Below the pieces are notes generated by a model that did no database searches, had not been told where the DNA came from, and worked only from the letters and a program-made list of their open reading frames with translations. Shown here in pieces: positions 47,025-59,530 of a stretch of 64,000 bases of DNA; the stretch's first letter is position 1; each line of letters begins with the position of its first letter. Both the position numbers and the translations under genes were made by a program. The DNA is taken from NCBI RefSeq assembly GCF_018143015.1, contig NC_054741.1:72164687-72228686 (forward strand), written 5' to 3'. This stretch comes from Lytechinus variegatus. Lineage: Eukaryota.

Positions 47025-47333
47025 TTCGCCTAGTTGGTGGAAGCAACAACCTTGAGGGTCGGGTTGAAGTGTTCTACGATGGTTCCTGGGGTACGGTTTG
47101 CAGTCACCACTTCGATATCATCGATGCTCACGTAGTCTGCAAGAGTCTCGGTCACACCTTCGCACTGAGTGCGTCATCGTACGCAGACTTCGGGCAGGGA
47201 AAAGGCGATATCGTCTTGGATGGTCTCCACTGCACCGGTGGCGAATCGAATATTTACGAATGCGAAAGTGATGATACGAATTTCTTCAAATGCTTTCATC
47301 AAATGGACGCGGGAGTCACTTGTTCACCAGAAG
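47025..47333 (+). CDS. SRCR-LRR gene: SRCR domain C, single exon (IRLVGGSNNLEGRVEVFYDGSWGTVCSHHFDIIDAHVVCKSLGH...DAGVTCSPE), 6 cysteines
   Basis: Matches ORF 47069-47365. The 309-nt symmetric phase-1 exon lies between acceptor gttacag| and donor |gtaaaa. Confidence 0.9.
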
Positions 47334-47981
47334 GTAAAAATACTGAATTGGTGTTTGAAAGCTAATTACTGAACCTGACATGTACTTTTTCAAAAATATT
47401 GTCCATCCTTAGATATGTGTTATTTGGCTCTATTGAACATGATGAATATTAATATCAAGATTCTCAATATCAATCGTTTTCACCATTATTAAAAGTCAAT
47501 CGCATAGAATACATTACTCTGCTAGCTAATTATGTAAAGAGGTGGGTTTTTTTTTTGGGGGGGGAGATGGCACATACTCCCGCAACATTTGTTTAAACGG
47601 GGAATCCACACATTATAAGCCAGAACTAAATCTTGACCCGAATCCGTATCATTGCCATCATCCTAATCCTCACTCCATTATCAACCAAAATCCCATCACA
47701 TCAATATTTCAAACTTACAAACCTTACCATAGTCGTCAGAGAAATTAGAATAAGAGCAATTGTTACAAGAGTAGGCCTATATGTCATGTTACAGAAGGGG
47801 CTACTCATAGATTTAGAGTTGTTTCCAGTAAAAAAAAATGCAAAAATTGGAAGAGTAAGTTTGAATGTTAAAGATAATAATAACAAACCGACATCCAACA
47901 TAGAGAGTGGCCCTGGTCAAATTGGGAAGAGCAGAAGAGAATATAATTTTAGATTATTATAGCTTTATATTGCCAACACAG

Positions 47982-48287
47982 ATTACGCCGTCTTCCTCGT
48001 CAACGGGAGCACGTATCTAGAGGGTCGGGTGACGGTTGCTTATCAAGGCTACCTAGGTACTGTCTGCGACACCTCTTGGGATCTAAAGAATGCTAATGTC
48101 ATCTGTAAAAGTCTAGGTTTCGGACACGCCGTGAGCATCAATGACTTTGGTCCAGGGATCGGAGACATCATCCTCGACGACATTCATTGTGTTGGCAACG
48201 AGAGTAGCATTTTCAATTGTTCTCATGGCGGGCTTGGGGTTCATAACTGTAATCATTCCCAAGACGCTGGAGTAACATGTTTCGGAG
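47982..48287 (+). CDS. SRCR-LRR gene: SRCR domain D, single exon (DYAVFLVNGSTYLEGRVTVAYQGYLGTVCDTSWDLKNANVICKSLGFGHA...DAGVTCFG), 6 cysteines
   Basis: Matches ORF 48029-48382. The 306-nt symmetric phase-1 exon lies between acceptor aacacag| and donor |gtaaca. Confidence 0.9.
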
Positions 48288-48475
48288 GTAACATGTCGAT
48301 TCGCTATTTATACCGAATAATTCACAGAATAAAACACTTGACAATAAGATTACATTTCACATTGCGATATCAGAATGAATAAAATATTTCATTTGCGATG
48401 GCAGAATCAAGATAGACAGAATTTTGTTCCTTCATTAAAAAGTGTAAATGTTTCATAACTAGAATGTCTCTTAAG

Positions 48476-49220
48476 CAGGGGCGTCGATCCATTTTTCAGA
48501 TTGGGGGGGGGCAAAATCATGAATCAACGTTCCAAGGCACTCGATGACACAAAACAAACAAACTCGCCCACACATACACAGGCACGCACAAACACCCTCA
48601 CACACACACATATGTATATATATTATATATATGTGTGTGTGTATATGTGTGTATAAATATATATGACTCATGAGATACAGACACGTATCTCACCAACAAA
48701 TTAATGCGAGCGCGAAGCGCAAGCTGAAATTTTGTAGTATACTGATCTTAAAACTAGAAAAGGGTAGGCCTACTTATTTAAGACTGTTTGTAGTAACTCA
48801 TGAGGAGACACCGATAATGCGAGTGCCGAGAGCAAACAGAAATTTCTTTTTATTCTGACCTAAAAGCTTGATATTATGAGCATTTTTGTCACCAATGGTT
48901 AAAATTGGTATATAAATTAGAACTGAAAAATCACCTATTTAATCATGAAAAGTATGGGTTTTTGCTACAGAAATGATGCCAGCGCGAAGCGCGAGCTAAA
49001 AACTTTGATATTCCAATCTGAAAAGCGGACATTTTGAGCACGATTTGAAATATAGAACGAGTTTTGTATCTCAATCTTGCTTGCTGAACATTACAATCTT
49101 ATTTTATTTTTTGCACATCCGGAATTATTGGGGGGGGGGGCAAAACGATATGTTTGCCCCCCAATATTTCCAATGGTGGGGCGATCGCCCCCCCCCCCTG
49201 CCCCCCCCAGGATCGACGCC
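48476..49220. mobile_element. Inverted-repeat-bounded element (ggcgtcgatcc + G-run ... C-run + ggatcgacgcc) containing tandem copies of the gcgagcgcgaagcgcgagc repeat
   Basis: 48481 has ggcgtcgatccatttttcagattggggggggg and 49195 has cccccccctgccccccccaggatcgacgcc, its reverse complement. Inside are a (CA)n/(TA)n tract and two copies of ..tgcgagcgcgaagcgcaagctgaaa.../..tgccagcgcgaagcgcgagctaaaaac.. spaced about 250 bp apart. Confidence 0.6.
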
Positions 49221-49347
49221 TCTGCTCTTAAGGGCAAGACATTTTCCGATCGAAAGTTGAACTATTCAGTGCTTTACTTTCCTTTCTTATTGAAAAAAAC
49301 CCCAACCATAATTTGTTTGTTATTATCTGCTTTTACCATGTTTACAG

Positions 49348-49395
49348 AGGATGTCTGTATTACTGGACTGTGTGAGACTAACATATTTCCAAAAG
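49348..49395 (+). CDS. SRCR-LRR gene: cysteine-containing micro-exon (EDVCITGLCETNIFPK)
   Basis: The 48-nt phase-1 to phase-1 exon is in frame with SRCR-D and lies between acceptor gtttacag| and donor |gtaaga. It overlaps the ORF 49077-49412 frame. Confidence 0.6.
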
Positions 49396-49730
49396 GTAAG
49401 ATGAGAAATTAGACGACGAAAGCAATTTTTATTTCTGAAATATATCGACCAACTAAATTAATTTCAGAAATGTGGAAATAATGGTTATATTGACACTTAC
49501 ACAGTGACGAGTATTTGATATGTCGCTTTAAATCGACCAAGAGATAATTTAGGAATTTGTTTATGAGTGATTTCGACGCACAAGTGATATAAGCTTCTGA
49601 AATCCTTTTTATCTGATTGGCTGCTGAGAGCTAAACTAATCATTTACAATTATTTTCAATGTACACAATCTGCATAGTAATAATATGCATACAAGTATTT
49701 GCAATCATCTGTTGAATCTTTCAAACACAG

Positions 49731-49784
49731 GCACCGGTAAATGTATTCCAGTAGTTCAAAACTGCTTCGTCGACGGTACTTGGG
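49731..49784 (+). CDS. SRCR-LRR gene: cysteine-containing micro-exon (GTGKCIPVVQNCFVDGTWG)
   Basis: The 54-nt phase-1 to phase-1 exon lies between acceptor caaacacag| and donor |gtaaga. Confidence 0.55.
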
Positions 49785-49861
49785 GTAAGATATTTTTAAT
49801 CTTATTCTTGTCTTTCAATCCTTGGGTTGTGGGCTCAAATCCTATTCCACATGCGTGCTGA

Positions 49862-50030
49862 TTCAATCCGAGGGCCTGTTGCATAAAACTTGTAGCCAGA
49901 GAAAACTCAGGTTAAATTGAAGAACTGAGGTAAGTCCGACTTCTACCATTGACTTTAACACAGGAGAAATTCTCAGGTTAGAACAACCCAAGTTCTCTTA
50001 GGTAAAACTTTTATGCAACATGCCCCAGGT
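49862..50030. mobile_element. Palindromic MITE, second copy of the gcataaaac...gttttatgcaac family
   Basis: gggcctgttgcataaaacttgtagccagagaaaactcaggt ... ttctcaggttagaacaacccaagttctcttaggtaaaacttttatgcaacatgcccc. It is related to 32190-32345. Confidence 0.8.
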
Positions 50031-51998
50031 GATGCATATGGGAATCCGGAATAAATAGGTTAATCTTCTATTTGTATGCCTGATGTAGTTATCAATACCT
50101 TAGCTGACTGTTAATTTCAAGATCAGAAATACATTCCTGAAATTTAACGTTTATTTTTGGCTCTAATGACAACGTTCGCCCCACTGGACTGATCAGTCCA
50201 TTCATGGCGATACCAACATGGTCCAGTATGACATGGTATGACAAATGTGTATATACTTCTACGAGTTTTCACCTTACATGTTATTAGATTGAATGTCGTA
50301 GCTAGCCCTGCATAAGTTATTTATTGATTCTCGTTTAATCTATAGGACTATTTTGCATACCCCAAAGACCATCGGTGCATAAATCTGCTGCAATAGAATG
50401 CATGTGAGTAAATGATAAAAATAATACAACTGACAACGTACTTTGTAGATCGAATGTAGCTATTTAGTTTATAGCGTATAATACATGTATATTGATTTCC
50501 TGTCACTCTTCAGTCCCATCTTTGATGCAATAGATTTATTTAATCAATTCGATACTCTGACACTTTTGTGGGAATGCGCATTAATGGGAAAACAATACAG
50601 TGTTACAGTTTATGCAGATGATACCTTCTTAATTCAGCACAGGATTTGAAGTGCACCCTTACAACTTTGGATGAAATTACGAATATATCAAACCTTAGAA
50701 TTATTATAGTAACAACTTTGATGATACGGATTGGCAGGAAATGAAGCTTCCATGTTACGTGATTAAACATGTTAAAGATTTACAGTAGAATCATCACACA
50801 CAGTTTGATCACAATTATCAAAATAAAGTTAATTATTGACTTCCTAGGAAATTTAAACATTATGAAATCATCTTTAATACCAATGTTGAATTTCCTGAAT
50901 TTATTTTTTTCCGAAACCAATATTTGAAATAATGTATGATGTTTGACGATGCTTGTAGGAATTTAAATGGCAGGAAAACCTGATAAAATAAGTAGGAAAC
51001 AACTGTATAGTTATAGAGGGGTTAAATTTACTTATATTTGTATGCACTCCACGTCAATAAAAACTTCGTGGATTAGAAAATGGATATAAATAAACTTTCT
51101 TCAATATCATGGCCTGTACAATGCTATCCGAAATTGTTTAATAAAGAATGTCATACCAATTCCAGGGCCATGAGATATACATGTACTACTCCAGAAACAT
51201 TGCGTTTAAAACTTGATCTGTTGATACTTGAATAAAAATGGTTTTGCTAATATTTTCCATTCTCCTTTGAATTATAATTTGAAAGAATGTTAACATCTCA
51301 CATAATAATAGTTATAATAATAATAATAATAATGATAACAAAAATGTTTGACAATGCTACGTGTTTTTTTATTTTCAAGTTATTATTCCCAAATACTGTC
51401 ACTAATCATATTACTGGAAGCTGTAATCATGACGTTTTTAAAGGAGAATGAAACCTTCGGAACAAGATAGCTTGTGTGAAAAAAAAAATCAAAGAAACAT
51501 ATCAATGAAAGTTTGAGAAAAATCAGACAAATAATGAGAAAGATATGAGCATTTGAATATTGCGATCACTAATGCTATGAAGATCCTCATATTGACAATG
51601 CGACAAAGATGTGTGATGTCACTTGTGAACAACAGTACTCTCCCCATTACTTTTAGTATATATTTCACTTAAAATGCCTCCCTTATTATATTTATCAGTA
51701 GATCATGTATTCTTTTTATAGGAGGGCATGTAATACATATTTTTAAAGAATACATCATGAATTTTAAAGAGTTTGTACCACCATAAGAAAAAGCAAGAGA
51801 CATTTTGGGGGTATTTTATAGTCCATCAAGTGGAAAGTTGTTTACGTGTGACATCACACATCCTTGTCGCATTTCCAATGGGAGGATGTCCATAGCATTT
51901 GTGACTGCAGTATTCAAATGCTCATAACTTTCCCAATTATTGTCCCATTTTTCTCAAACTTTCTTTGTTCTTATTCTTTGATATTTCTGTTTTGACAG

Positions 51999-52155
51999 AA
52001 GCCTACTTGTTCCAGAGCTTTCATTCCCCTTTAAGTTCAAAGATACTAACTATATTTCGATGCAATTGCCTTTCTCGCAGGGGGCTCGAAGACTACAAGT
52101 CCGAAAACATGACGAGACAAATCATTTTAGATCGTCAAAGGAATGTCAAAAATTT
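51999..52155 (+). CDS. SRCR-LRR gene: bridging exon (EAYLFQSFHSPLSSKILTIFRCNCLSRRGLEDYKSENMTRQIILDRQRNVKN), possible LRR N-terminal cap
   Basis: Open frame shared with ORF 51965-52159. It lies between acceptor ttttgacag| and donor |gtaaga. The exon enters at phase 1, matching the micro-exons, and leaves at phase 2, matching the first LRR exon, and it contains a CxC motif. An alternative acceptor exists at 52079. Confidence 0.45.
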
Positions 52156-52976
52156 GTAAGATCTGGATTATATTATTAAAAAAAATTATTATAGTATATT
52201 CATTTCGGTATAAATCCCAAGGTGTGTGCTACTTTTCCAAGTTTAATTAAGATATATTGTTTATATAAATGTTAATGCTCTAAAACAGTTTGTTCTATGA
52301 TGAAAATGGAAAAAGTTGACTTTAAGTGGATAGATTTGGTGATTTGTAATGAAAATCTACATATGATTTGTCAAGTTTGATCGGGTGCCCGATCCAAAAG
52401 GTATCGTATCTTTTTTTTTACCAAACCAATCCCCAGCATGGAATGGAATCAAGTTTCAGAATATAATTATGTCTCTAGTTTTCTGATTATATGCTGGATA
52501 AGTGATCATATGGACATTTTAAAGGTAAAAAAAACTTACCTAGAAACTGTGATTGCTAGATATCTAATACAAACGAAATCCCATTTTCACAAGTGATAGA
52601 CCGCCGACAAATTATAGCCACTACACTTTAGAAAGATTGGCAAGCTAGATAATATCCGAATGATGTAATTCACATTAATGATCCTTCACTAAAGCTTCAG
52701 GTGGGTTTTTAAAAACAATACAAGTTATATATTCCTGGGATTATCATTTTCTAAGAAAAATATCGTAAAGTCTACATGTTGTTCATTTGACGTGAACATA
52801 ATAATTATGTTAATATTGCTTTAATGTGAAGTATAGTTTACTTGTGTATCGATAAGCCCATGATATGATTTATGCAATCAACTTAGTAATAATAATTACC
52901 TAACTTTTAAGCTATTATCTCGGTTTGAGGTAACCAGATGTTTACCATGTCTAACATTATATTCTCTACTTTGAAG

Positions 52977-53048
52977 GTATTTGAATAAAACGTTTATTGA
53001 AGTGCTACCCGCTGGTGCATTTTATGGAATGAAGAATCTCGAATGGCT
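52977..53048 (+). CDS. SRCR-LRR gene: LRR exon 1 (YLNKTFIEVLPAGAFYGMKNLEW)
   Basis: 72-nt exon with phase 2 on both sides, between acceptor ttgaag| and donor |gtgagt. It carries the LRR consensus L..N.I..LP.GAF.G...L..L. Confidence 0.75.
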
Positions 53049-54033
53049 GTGAGTATTGAGTATTTTTATTCCTATTTTGTTGTTTCATTCAAAGAGAACA
53101 CTGCGCATATATTCTATTCAATATGTCAATGATAGTGCATAATAATTCATGGAAGATTATGGCACAGTGACACCTGTGAAACATACGTCAGATCGACCAA
53201 AGTGATGATAACGTTATTTCCCTTGACATATAATCGGTCGTTTTATAGCTTGTTCCGTTGGCGTGACTGTATTTGTGGGAATACAACCGTGTTGTTGTTC
53301 TGCTCTGTGGCGCCTTGAACATCTTATCAAGATGGAAATCTCATGTATTATTTTATTATTATTAAACCTAACTCCTCCCTAATACTGGTACTTTGTAAAC
53401 ACATTAAATATAGATTACTGAAATGTTTTGTGTAAACTTGTGATAATTACGTACACAAGCAATAATCTTCTTAAGAGGATATCGGATAAGTGATAGTAAT
53501 ACTTTTCTACAGCTGAAAAATTAAACATTGTATTTCTGTTTTCCACAGCTACCCATTATTTCTATTTGAAAAATATGTATTATAAATCATCTTTAATTTT
53601 TTTTATGTTTTGAATTTTTTTATAAGTTTGACATTTGAACTTTACTTAAGTTCAGTGACTCCTGTGCCATTCTGCAATTTCTTTAAAATCTTACTGCATT
53701 CAAGAAGTGATCTTTTCTGTACAGTAGCGTTTTATAAAATGAAGTTCGTTTTTACTTTCATTGATCTGATAGCCATATTACAATTCCTTAAAAAACCTAT
53801 TGTATTCAAGAGTGTTTTTTTGTAATTTTTAGTGGATTTAAAGAAAAAAGGAACCCATGTTGCTTTCACTGAATTGTCTCTCATTTTTGCAATTTATTTT
53901 AAAACTAATTGGATAAAAGGCTTAACATTGTTTGATAAAATAAATCGTTTTGAACAAAATTGAAAAAAGCTTTTGCATTCCCTTTTTTCCCCTGAAGGAA
54001 ACCATTTTACATGTTTTAAATTTTTACTCATAG

Positions 54034-54105
54034 AGACCTGAATGATAACAATATAACGACGATTTTTCCTGATACCTTTTCCGGACTGAGCAACCTTTTG
54101 TATCT
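54034..54105 (+). CDS. SRCR-LRR gene: LRR exon 2 (DLNDNNITTIFPDTFSGLSNLLY)
   Basis: 72-nt phase-2 exon between acceptor ctcatag| and donor |gtaagt, carrying L.L..N.I..I....F..L..L. Confidence 0.85.
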
Positions 54106-54581
54106 GTAAGTATGAAATTTCAATTAAATTATTTCAAAGATTTGATTAAATATTTTATATTCCTGACTAGGCTGATGCTGATTGAATACAAAATAATTTA
54201 ACGAATTGGTCTAGGTCTAGATGTATACATACTCCCAATATGGTAATTTTTTCCATTTAGGTAACTTTATTTTTGTTTCAATAACACAACAAAAAAAAAA
54301 CAACCCCAAAAAATGATGGAAAAGAAACCTTAACAGTTTCATGCAACGAGAACATCTGGTAATTGTTAATCCAACAAAGTTATATTGGCGTAGATCGGAA
54401 AATAGAAATATTTGCCGAGTTAAGGTGTATACAAATTTACAAATTCATACTTTATAGAAGATGAACTTGTTTGTATATTGCATATTGTATTGTGAATTAT
54501 GAGGATAATAATGGTCACTTAAGTGATAGATAACCCGATAAGCGTTTGATAGATGCGGATTGTCTTATACTTTGATTACAG

Positions 54582-54653
54582 ATACATTACAAACAACAAC
54601 ATTTCTTCCATTCCCGATGGAACCTTTTCTGAGTTGGACAACTTGGTTTGGTT
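54582..54653 (+). CDS. SRCR-LRR gene: LRR exon 3 (YITNNNISSIPDGTFSELDNLVW)
   Basis: 72-nt phase-2 exon between acceptor gattacag| and donor |gtaagt. Confidence 0.85.
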
Positions 54654-55352
54654 GTAAGTGAAACAGATATTTATTTTATTCCTCACGGCAACCACCTTTG
54701 TGTTTAAAGTAGGAAGTTGAGCATGGCATCTCTTGCTGAAAATTAAAATACAAATAAAAATGTATACAAACATTGATAGTTACAATTGATATTACCTAGG
54801 TAGCCTACCTTCACCCGACCCTCAAGATATGTGCTCCCGTTGACTAGGAAGACGGCGTAATCTGTATTGGCAAATCAACTTTTAGATCCTTACTTGTTCT
54901 TAATTTGATCAAATAGATATGGGAAATACCTCAACAATATCGATGAAAAGATTTTTCTAATCACATGATATCTTTGCTGTTACCGAGAACCAAATTGTTC
55001 TACACACAGTGTCCTTACAGTGCTATTCATAGATGTATTATAATGGTTTACTCATCGAGAAATCCTCAGGGCAATTTATTGTTTTTCAAATGGAAATTTT
55101 CCAGGAAAACTAATTTTACATTAATAAATCTTAAAGAAAAACACCTAGCGAGCGACTATTAAATATATATTGGCGCTCAATTTTTTTCGTGAATGTAATA
55201 GTCAATATGAAGATATTGAGATGACAGTATTTCAATTGTTGGATTTGTTATTCTTTTGCAAATATAAAAACAGGATAATTTCTTTCATTGTGTAATATAG
55301 CATAGCATTCCACTTTGTTTTATTTTTGCGTCGAATCTGATATATTTTACAG

Positions 55353-55424
55353 AGAACTAAACGGGGCAGGAATAACGAGTGTATCAACAAATTCTTTTGA
55401 GGGACTTCACAACCTGCAACATTT
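55353..55424 (+). CDS. SRCR-LRR gene: LRR exon 4 (ELNGAGITSVSTNSFEGLHNLQH)
   Basis: 72-nt phase-2 exon between acceptor ttttacag| and donor |gtaagt. Confidence 0.85.
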
Positions 55425-56013
55425 GTAAGTGAAAAAACATGATTCCATGAACACGATGAAGGTGAAAAATATTGGTTTACAGCATTAGCTTATTGGCGCT
55501 TTTTCTTGTTTAAAGATGCACTTTTGTGCATTCACAGATTTGTAAGACTTATAAAAATCATTGTTCTTAGACCCAAGATGGTAGGTCAAAACTCTGATGA
55601 TTTTTAATACCGGACTTTCCCTCTTTATCCAGAGTTAGTATATACGTGTATATTGCTTTCTCTCTTAATTTTTCCCAAATGTGTGTTATTTGTAAACTTG
55701 CTGATCTGTAAATCAGTCCAAAAAGCTGGAGTGGACTACACATTGCACTTTGATTAATATGTATTTCTCCTATTTTTTTTCTTGGATAATCTTGACCCCG
55801 ATATTTCGATCTACCCGCCCGTCACCCATCTTTAACCTAAACACGCATTGCGGGTATGGGTAACAATGCATTAAGCTAAGGGTTACCAAACTGTATACAT
55901 TTCATATAGCATGGAAAAGGATGTGATCATTCCTAAATCGGATGCATAATGATAATCTGTGTTTTTAAAAATGTCTTTATATTTATTTTTAAATCTGTTT
56001 GTTTGATTTATAG

Positions 56014-56085
56014 GAACTTGGATGGAAACCTGATTGAAACCATACCAACAGACATCTTCATAAAAACATACAGTTTGAATTACTT
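56014..56085 (+). CDS. SRCR-LRR gene: LRR exon 5 (NLDGNLIETIPTDIFIKTYSLNY)
   Basis: 72-nt phase-2 exon between acceptor gatttatag| and donor |gtgagt. Confidence 0.85.
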
Positions 56086-56411
56086 GTGAGTATATTTGGG
56101 CATAAGGAATACATAAATTGACGCACGTGAAGATGGAATGTAGTTATTATTTCAATATCTAGTGTAACGGTACGTAAATGATTACTTTTTTTCTTACCAA
56201 TTAGTTAATTTTTTTTATATCATTTTACCTTTTCGGTTATTCAATACGATATGTGTGTGCAACCAAATAAGAAATTATCATGTACAAATACCCAAAACAT
56301 TGATTATTCATTTACTCCATGAATGAGAAAAAAATGTCTTCTTTGACAAAATACATAAAATGGGGAACAAAGTAAGACAAGTATCTAATTCATCGTTGTC
56401 TACATTGCTAG

Positions 56412-56483
56412 ATATCTACAGGAAAATCGAATAAGATGGATTCCAGATGACACATTCAGTAACTTATTCCTTCTTTTCTATCT
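56412..56483 (+). CDS. SRCR-LRR gene: LRR exon 6 (YLQENRIRWIPDDTFSNLFLLFY)
   Basis: 72-nt phase-2 exon between acceptor attgctag| and donor |gtaagt. Confidence 0.8.
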
Positions 56484-57637
56484 GTAAGTATGTCAAGAAT
56501 ATCATATATTAAATCACACTTTTCCTTCACTTTATAGGGCGTTGCAAAATAACTTAAACGCTCAATTGAGACGCCATTCATGTAATTCACTATTTGATGT
56601 TGTATTATTGAAATGCATGTAAATACCTACATGCATCTTTCTTTCCTTTTCTTTAACTTTACATTTTACTGGATTTATGCTCATATTCTCACCATGTGTC
56701 TTGTTTCTGTTTTACTGTTTATATTATGCGAATATTTTAGTAGGAGGATGCACTCTACAAGCTTTCTGAGCAGCCTCCTACATTTCAAACCTGTTTGAAT
56801 AGTTGTCTTGATTATTGTAATATACATTTTCCTTGTTCTATCGATTATGCATGAAGTTCCTTTTCAATTCTGACAAAAAAAATCATTTTTAGATTTTAAC
56901 GTTAGCCGATATTTTTGGAAAACGGTAATATAAATATTGATTTTCTGATGATGTCATTGTCCCCATTTTACTGATCCTTATTTTATTGTAAATCATCATT
57001 AGTACATATGTGTGTGTAAAACATAACTCCTTTGAAACAAAACAAGTTTCAAGAACAATTTTCCGAACTAAATCAGTTGTCAGCCACACTTTTACATTAT
57101 TTTGTAGAGCACACATTGAATAAAAATGATACAATTGAAAACAAAGGAATATCTATGTGGATATGATATCATGAGCTCGTTCGCTGGATGCGGACATGCA
57201 TTCAAGCGTTTCACGAAAATAATGCAAAACTTTGAAATGTCATATCTTTCTTATTCCTCGTCCGATTTTGATTTTATTTTATCCTATTCGTTAAATTTAC
57301 ATAATTTTCTTTATGCATGCAAGTCAAGAGTTATTATCAAACGTTCTAGTCAAAGTCGACTAGAACAAATTGATTTCTTACTAGAAAATATGGGAATAAA
57401 TGGCTATACATATATTACACCCAGCGAACATGTATTCTGACTAGTTTGTTTTCAAATAACGACTGGCAGTCATAGGACTGCTGTTTCTCATCACAAGATA
57501 TTTCTTAAGGTAAAGACATTACACCGAGGAAACCTATAGATTATCTCATTTTTAGCAAACAATATTTCATTCTCTTTCGATTCATTTAATGTAATTTATA
57601 TAAATTTGATTACCGTTTTTTGTTACTTTCATCAACA

Positions 57638-57709
57638 GTGATCTCCATGACAATCTGCTTGAGGTTATTACTGATAGAACCTTGTATGGATTATCTTTCC
57701 TTTTTTACT
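57638..57709 (+). CDS. SRCR-LRR gene: LRR exon 7 (DLHDNLLEVITDRTLYGLSFLFY)
   Basis: 72-nt phase-2 exon between acceptor catcaacag| and donor |gtaagt. Confidence 0.85.
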
Positions 57710-57882
57710 TGTAAGTGTTCTTTAAATTGATAACAAAGATGAATTTTAGTACATTTCTTTACATGTTTTCGCATCTAACTTGTATACATGAATGCATATC
57801 AATATTCATATATATATATATCTTTCATTTTTGTCCTGATATAACAGCTCATAATTAATTTCTTATTTATAATGCGTTACAG

Positions 57883-57954
57883 AGATCTTTCTTATAACAA
57901 CATCGAAGTCATATCACGGGCTGCATTCTCTGATCTGTTTGCATTGGATCTACT
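57883..57954 (+). CDS. SRCR-LRR gene: LRR exon 8 (DLSYNNIEVISRAAFSDLFALDL)
   Basis: 72-nt phase-2 exon between acceptor gcgttacag| and donor |gtaagt. Confidence 0.85.
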
Positions 57955-58439
57955 GTAAGTAGACAAATATTTAACATATATTTAACCGCAGGAAAAGTTA
58001 GTTTTTTCAGTTTCACGTTAGACAAACGGTAAGACTCACAAACATTAAAAGCAGGCTGACCACCTTGTTTAAAATACTTTCAGTGATTGAATGCAGTATG
58101 TGTATTGTTGTTCTTTGGAATGAATAAGTTTGAATTAACATAAAAAAATACAAAATTTATGTATATGTAGATATATTCTTGACAGAAATTTCAGGGTCTG
58201 TTGCACCACTAATTATCAACCCGCGACAATTTGTGAAAAAAACTGACACCACAATTGTCCCCCCTTCCCAAATTTTCGCCTCGCGACAATTTGTGCTGCA
58301 CGTGCCGGTCTCAATTTTTGAGCATATTGTACCGATTTGTGTCGGCAAAAAGAAACCTAGAACCACACATTTTCGCCCATTACACAATTGTCTTCAACCA
58401 CCAGTCTGGTGTGTGTGTAGTGTATGCGCGTCTTGTCTT

Positions 58440-58500
58440 GGTGTGTGTCGTTTTTTGTGATAAGTGTGTGTTTGTGTGTGTGTGTGAGGGTGTTCGTGTG
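58440..58500. repeat. Microsatellite (GT)n/(TGTG)n, intronic
   Basis: gtgtgtgtcgttttttgtgataagtgtgtgtttgtgtgtgtgtgtgagg. It accounts for the Cys/Val-rich ORFs 58255-58672. Confidence 0.9.
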
Positions 58501-58619
58501 CGTGGGTGTGTGTATTATCATAATTGTTATTATTTCATTAATAATTTTTCTTAATTTAATCTACTTATTTATCATTATTATTTCATTTATTTATTATTAT
58601 TATTTTTTTTTTTTGGGGG

Positions 58620-59530
58620 GGGTTTCCACTTGGTCTAGCAGTAGCAGTTGTTCAAACTCTCTGATCGTCTAACACCATATGAGCTAAACCCATTTTCTCG
58701 AGTAACAAGTTTGGTCTAACTTCCACTCGGTCTAATGTATAGGACTTGGTCGAATTCTTGCTTGGTCTCATGACCACTCGGCATAATTGCCAAATCGTCG
58801 AATAGCCAAGTGGTCTAATCGTCTTTTCGTCTAAATCCCAAATAAGTATTTCCAGTCTGTTACAGGAATTGACTAATTGGTGTTAGACCAATTAGATACT
58901 AGACCAAAAAGAAATTAGACCAAACGGAAATGAGACGGAATGGAAATAGGCAAAATGACAATTAGACCATGAGGTAAACTAAGTTGTAGACGAAGTGGTA
59001 TTAGACCATGTATAGGATGAGGCTAAACGGCCATTAGTCAAATTGGGTTTAGACCAACTGGCAATCTCCCTTTGGGGAGGCTAATATAGAGAACATCAGC
59101 AGATCCCGTGGAAAATTCGGTTTTTATCCACTCGGCCTAATAACATTTGGACTAGTCCTCGGTTTGTCTACTAACATATGGGCTTAACCCATTTGGTCTG
59201 CTAATAATTCAAAAATTTGGTGTAATATATACTTGGTCTCATTCTCTTTTGGTCTTATGACCAATTCGTCTAATAGCCAAATGGTCTAATTGCATTTTCG
59301 TGTAATGCCCAAATGAATATTTACCAGTTTTTTACTGAGAGCGACCAAGTGGTGATAGGTCAAATGGACAATAAACGGAGTGGTCATTGGATGAAATGTG
59401 AATAGGCGAAGTGCTACATAGATCAAAAGGTAATTAGACCGACTGGTTAGAGACAAAATGGAATCAGACTATGTGATATGAGATGGAAAAGACATTAGTC
59501 AAAGTGGGTTTAGGCCAAATGGCAATTTAT
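58620..59530. mobile_element. Two tandem copies (58620-59070 and 59100-59530) of the palindromic ggtctaa/ttagacc MITE family, in an LRR-gene intron
   Basis: Each roughly 440-bp unit has a left half rich in ttggtcta/cggtctaa and a right half rich in tagacca/ttagacc. The two units are about 80 percent similar, and the family is related to 10100-10520. Confidence 0.7.

Noticed and set aside
51965-52159. Treating ORF 51965-52159 as a stand-alone small gene starting at its Met
   Set aside because: The upstream part (MFLFFDISVLT) is preceded by a good acceptor at 51997-51998, and the frame and phase fit the SRCR-LRR gene. I annotated it as an internal exon, with stated uncertainty, instead.
58179-58672. 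Three overlapping Cys/Val-rich ORFs (..CVCSVCASCLGVC.., ..VCVVFCDKCVFVCVCEGVRVRGCVYY..)
   Set aside because: These are translations of the (GT)n/(TGTG)n microsatellite and the adjacent AT-rich tract in an LRR-gene intron.
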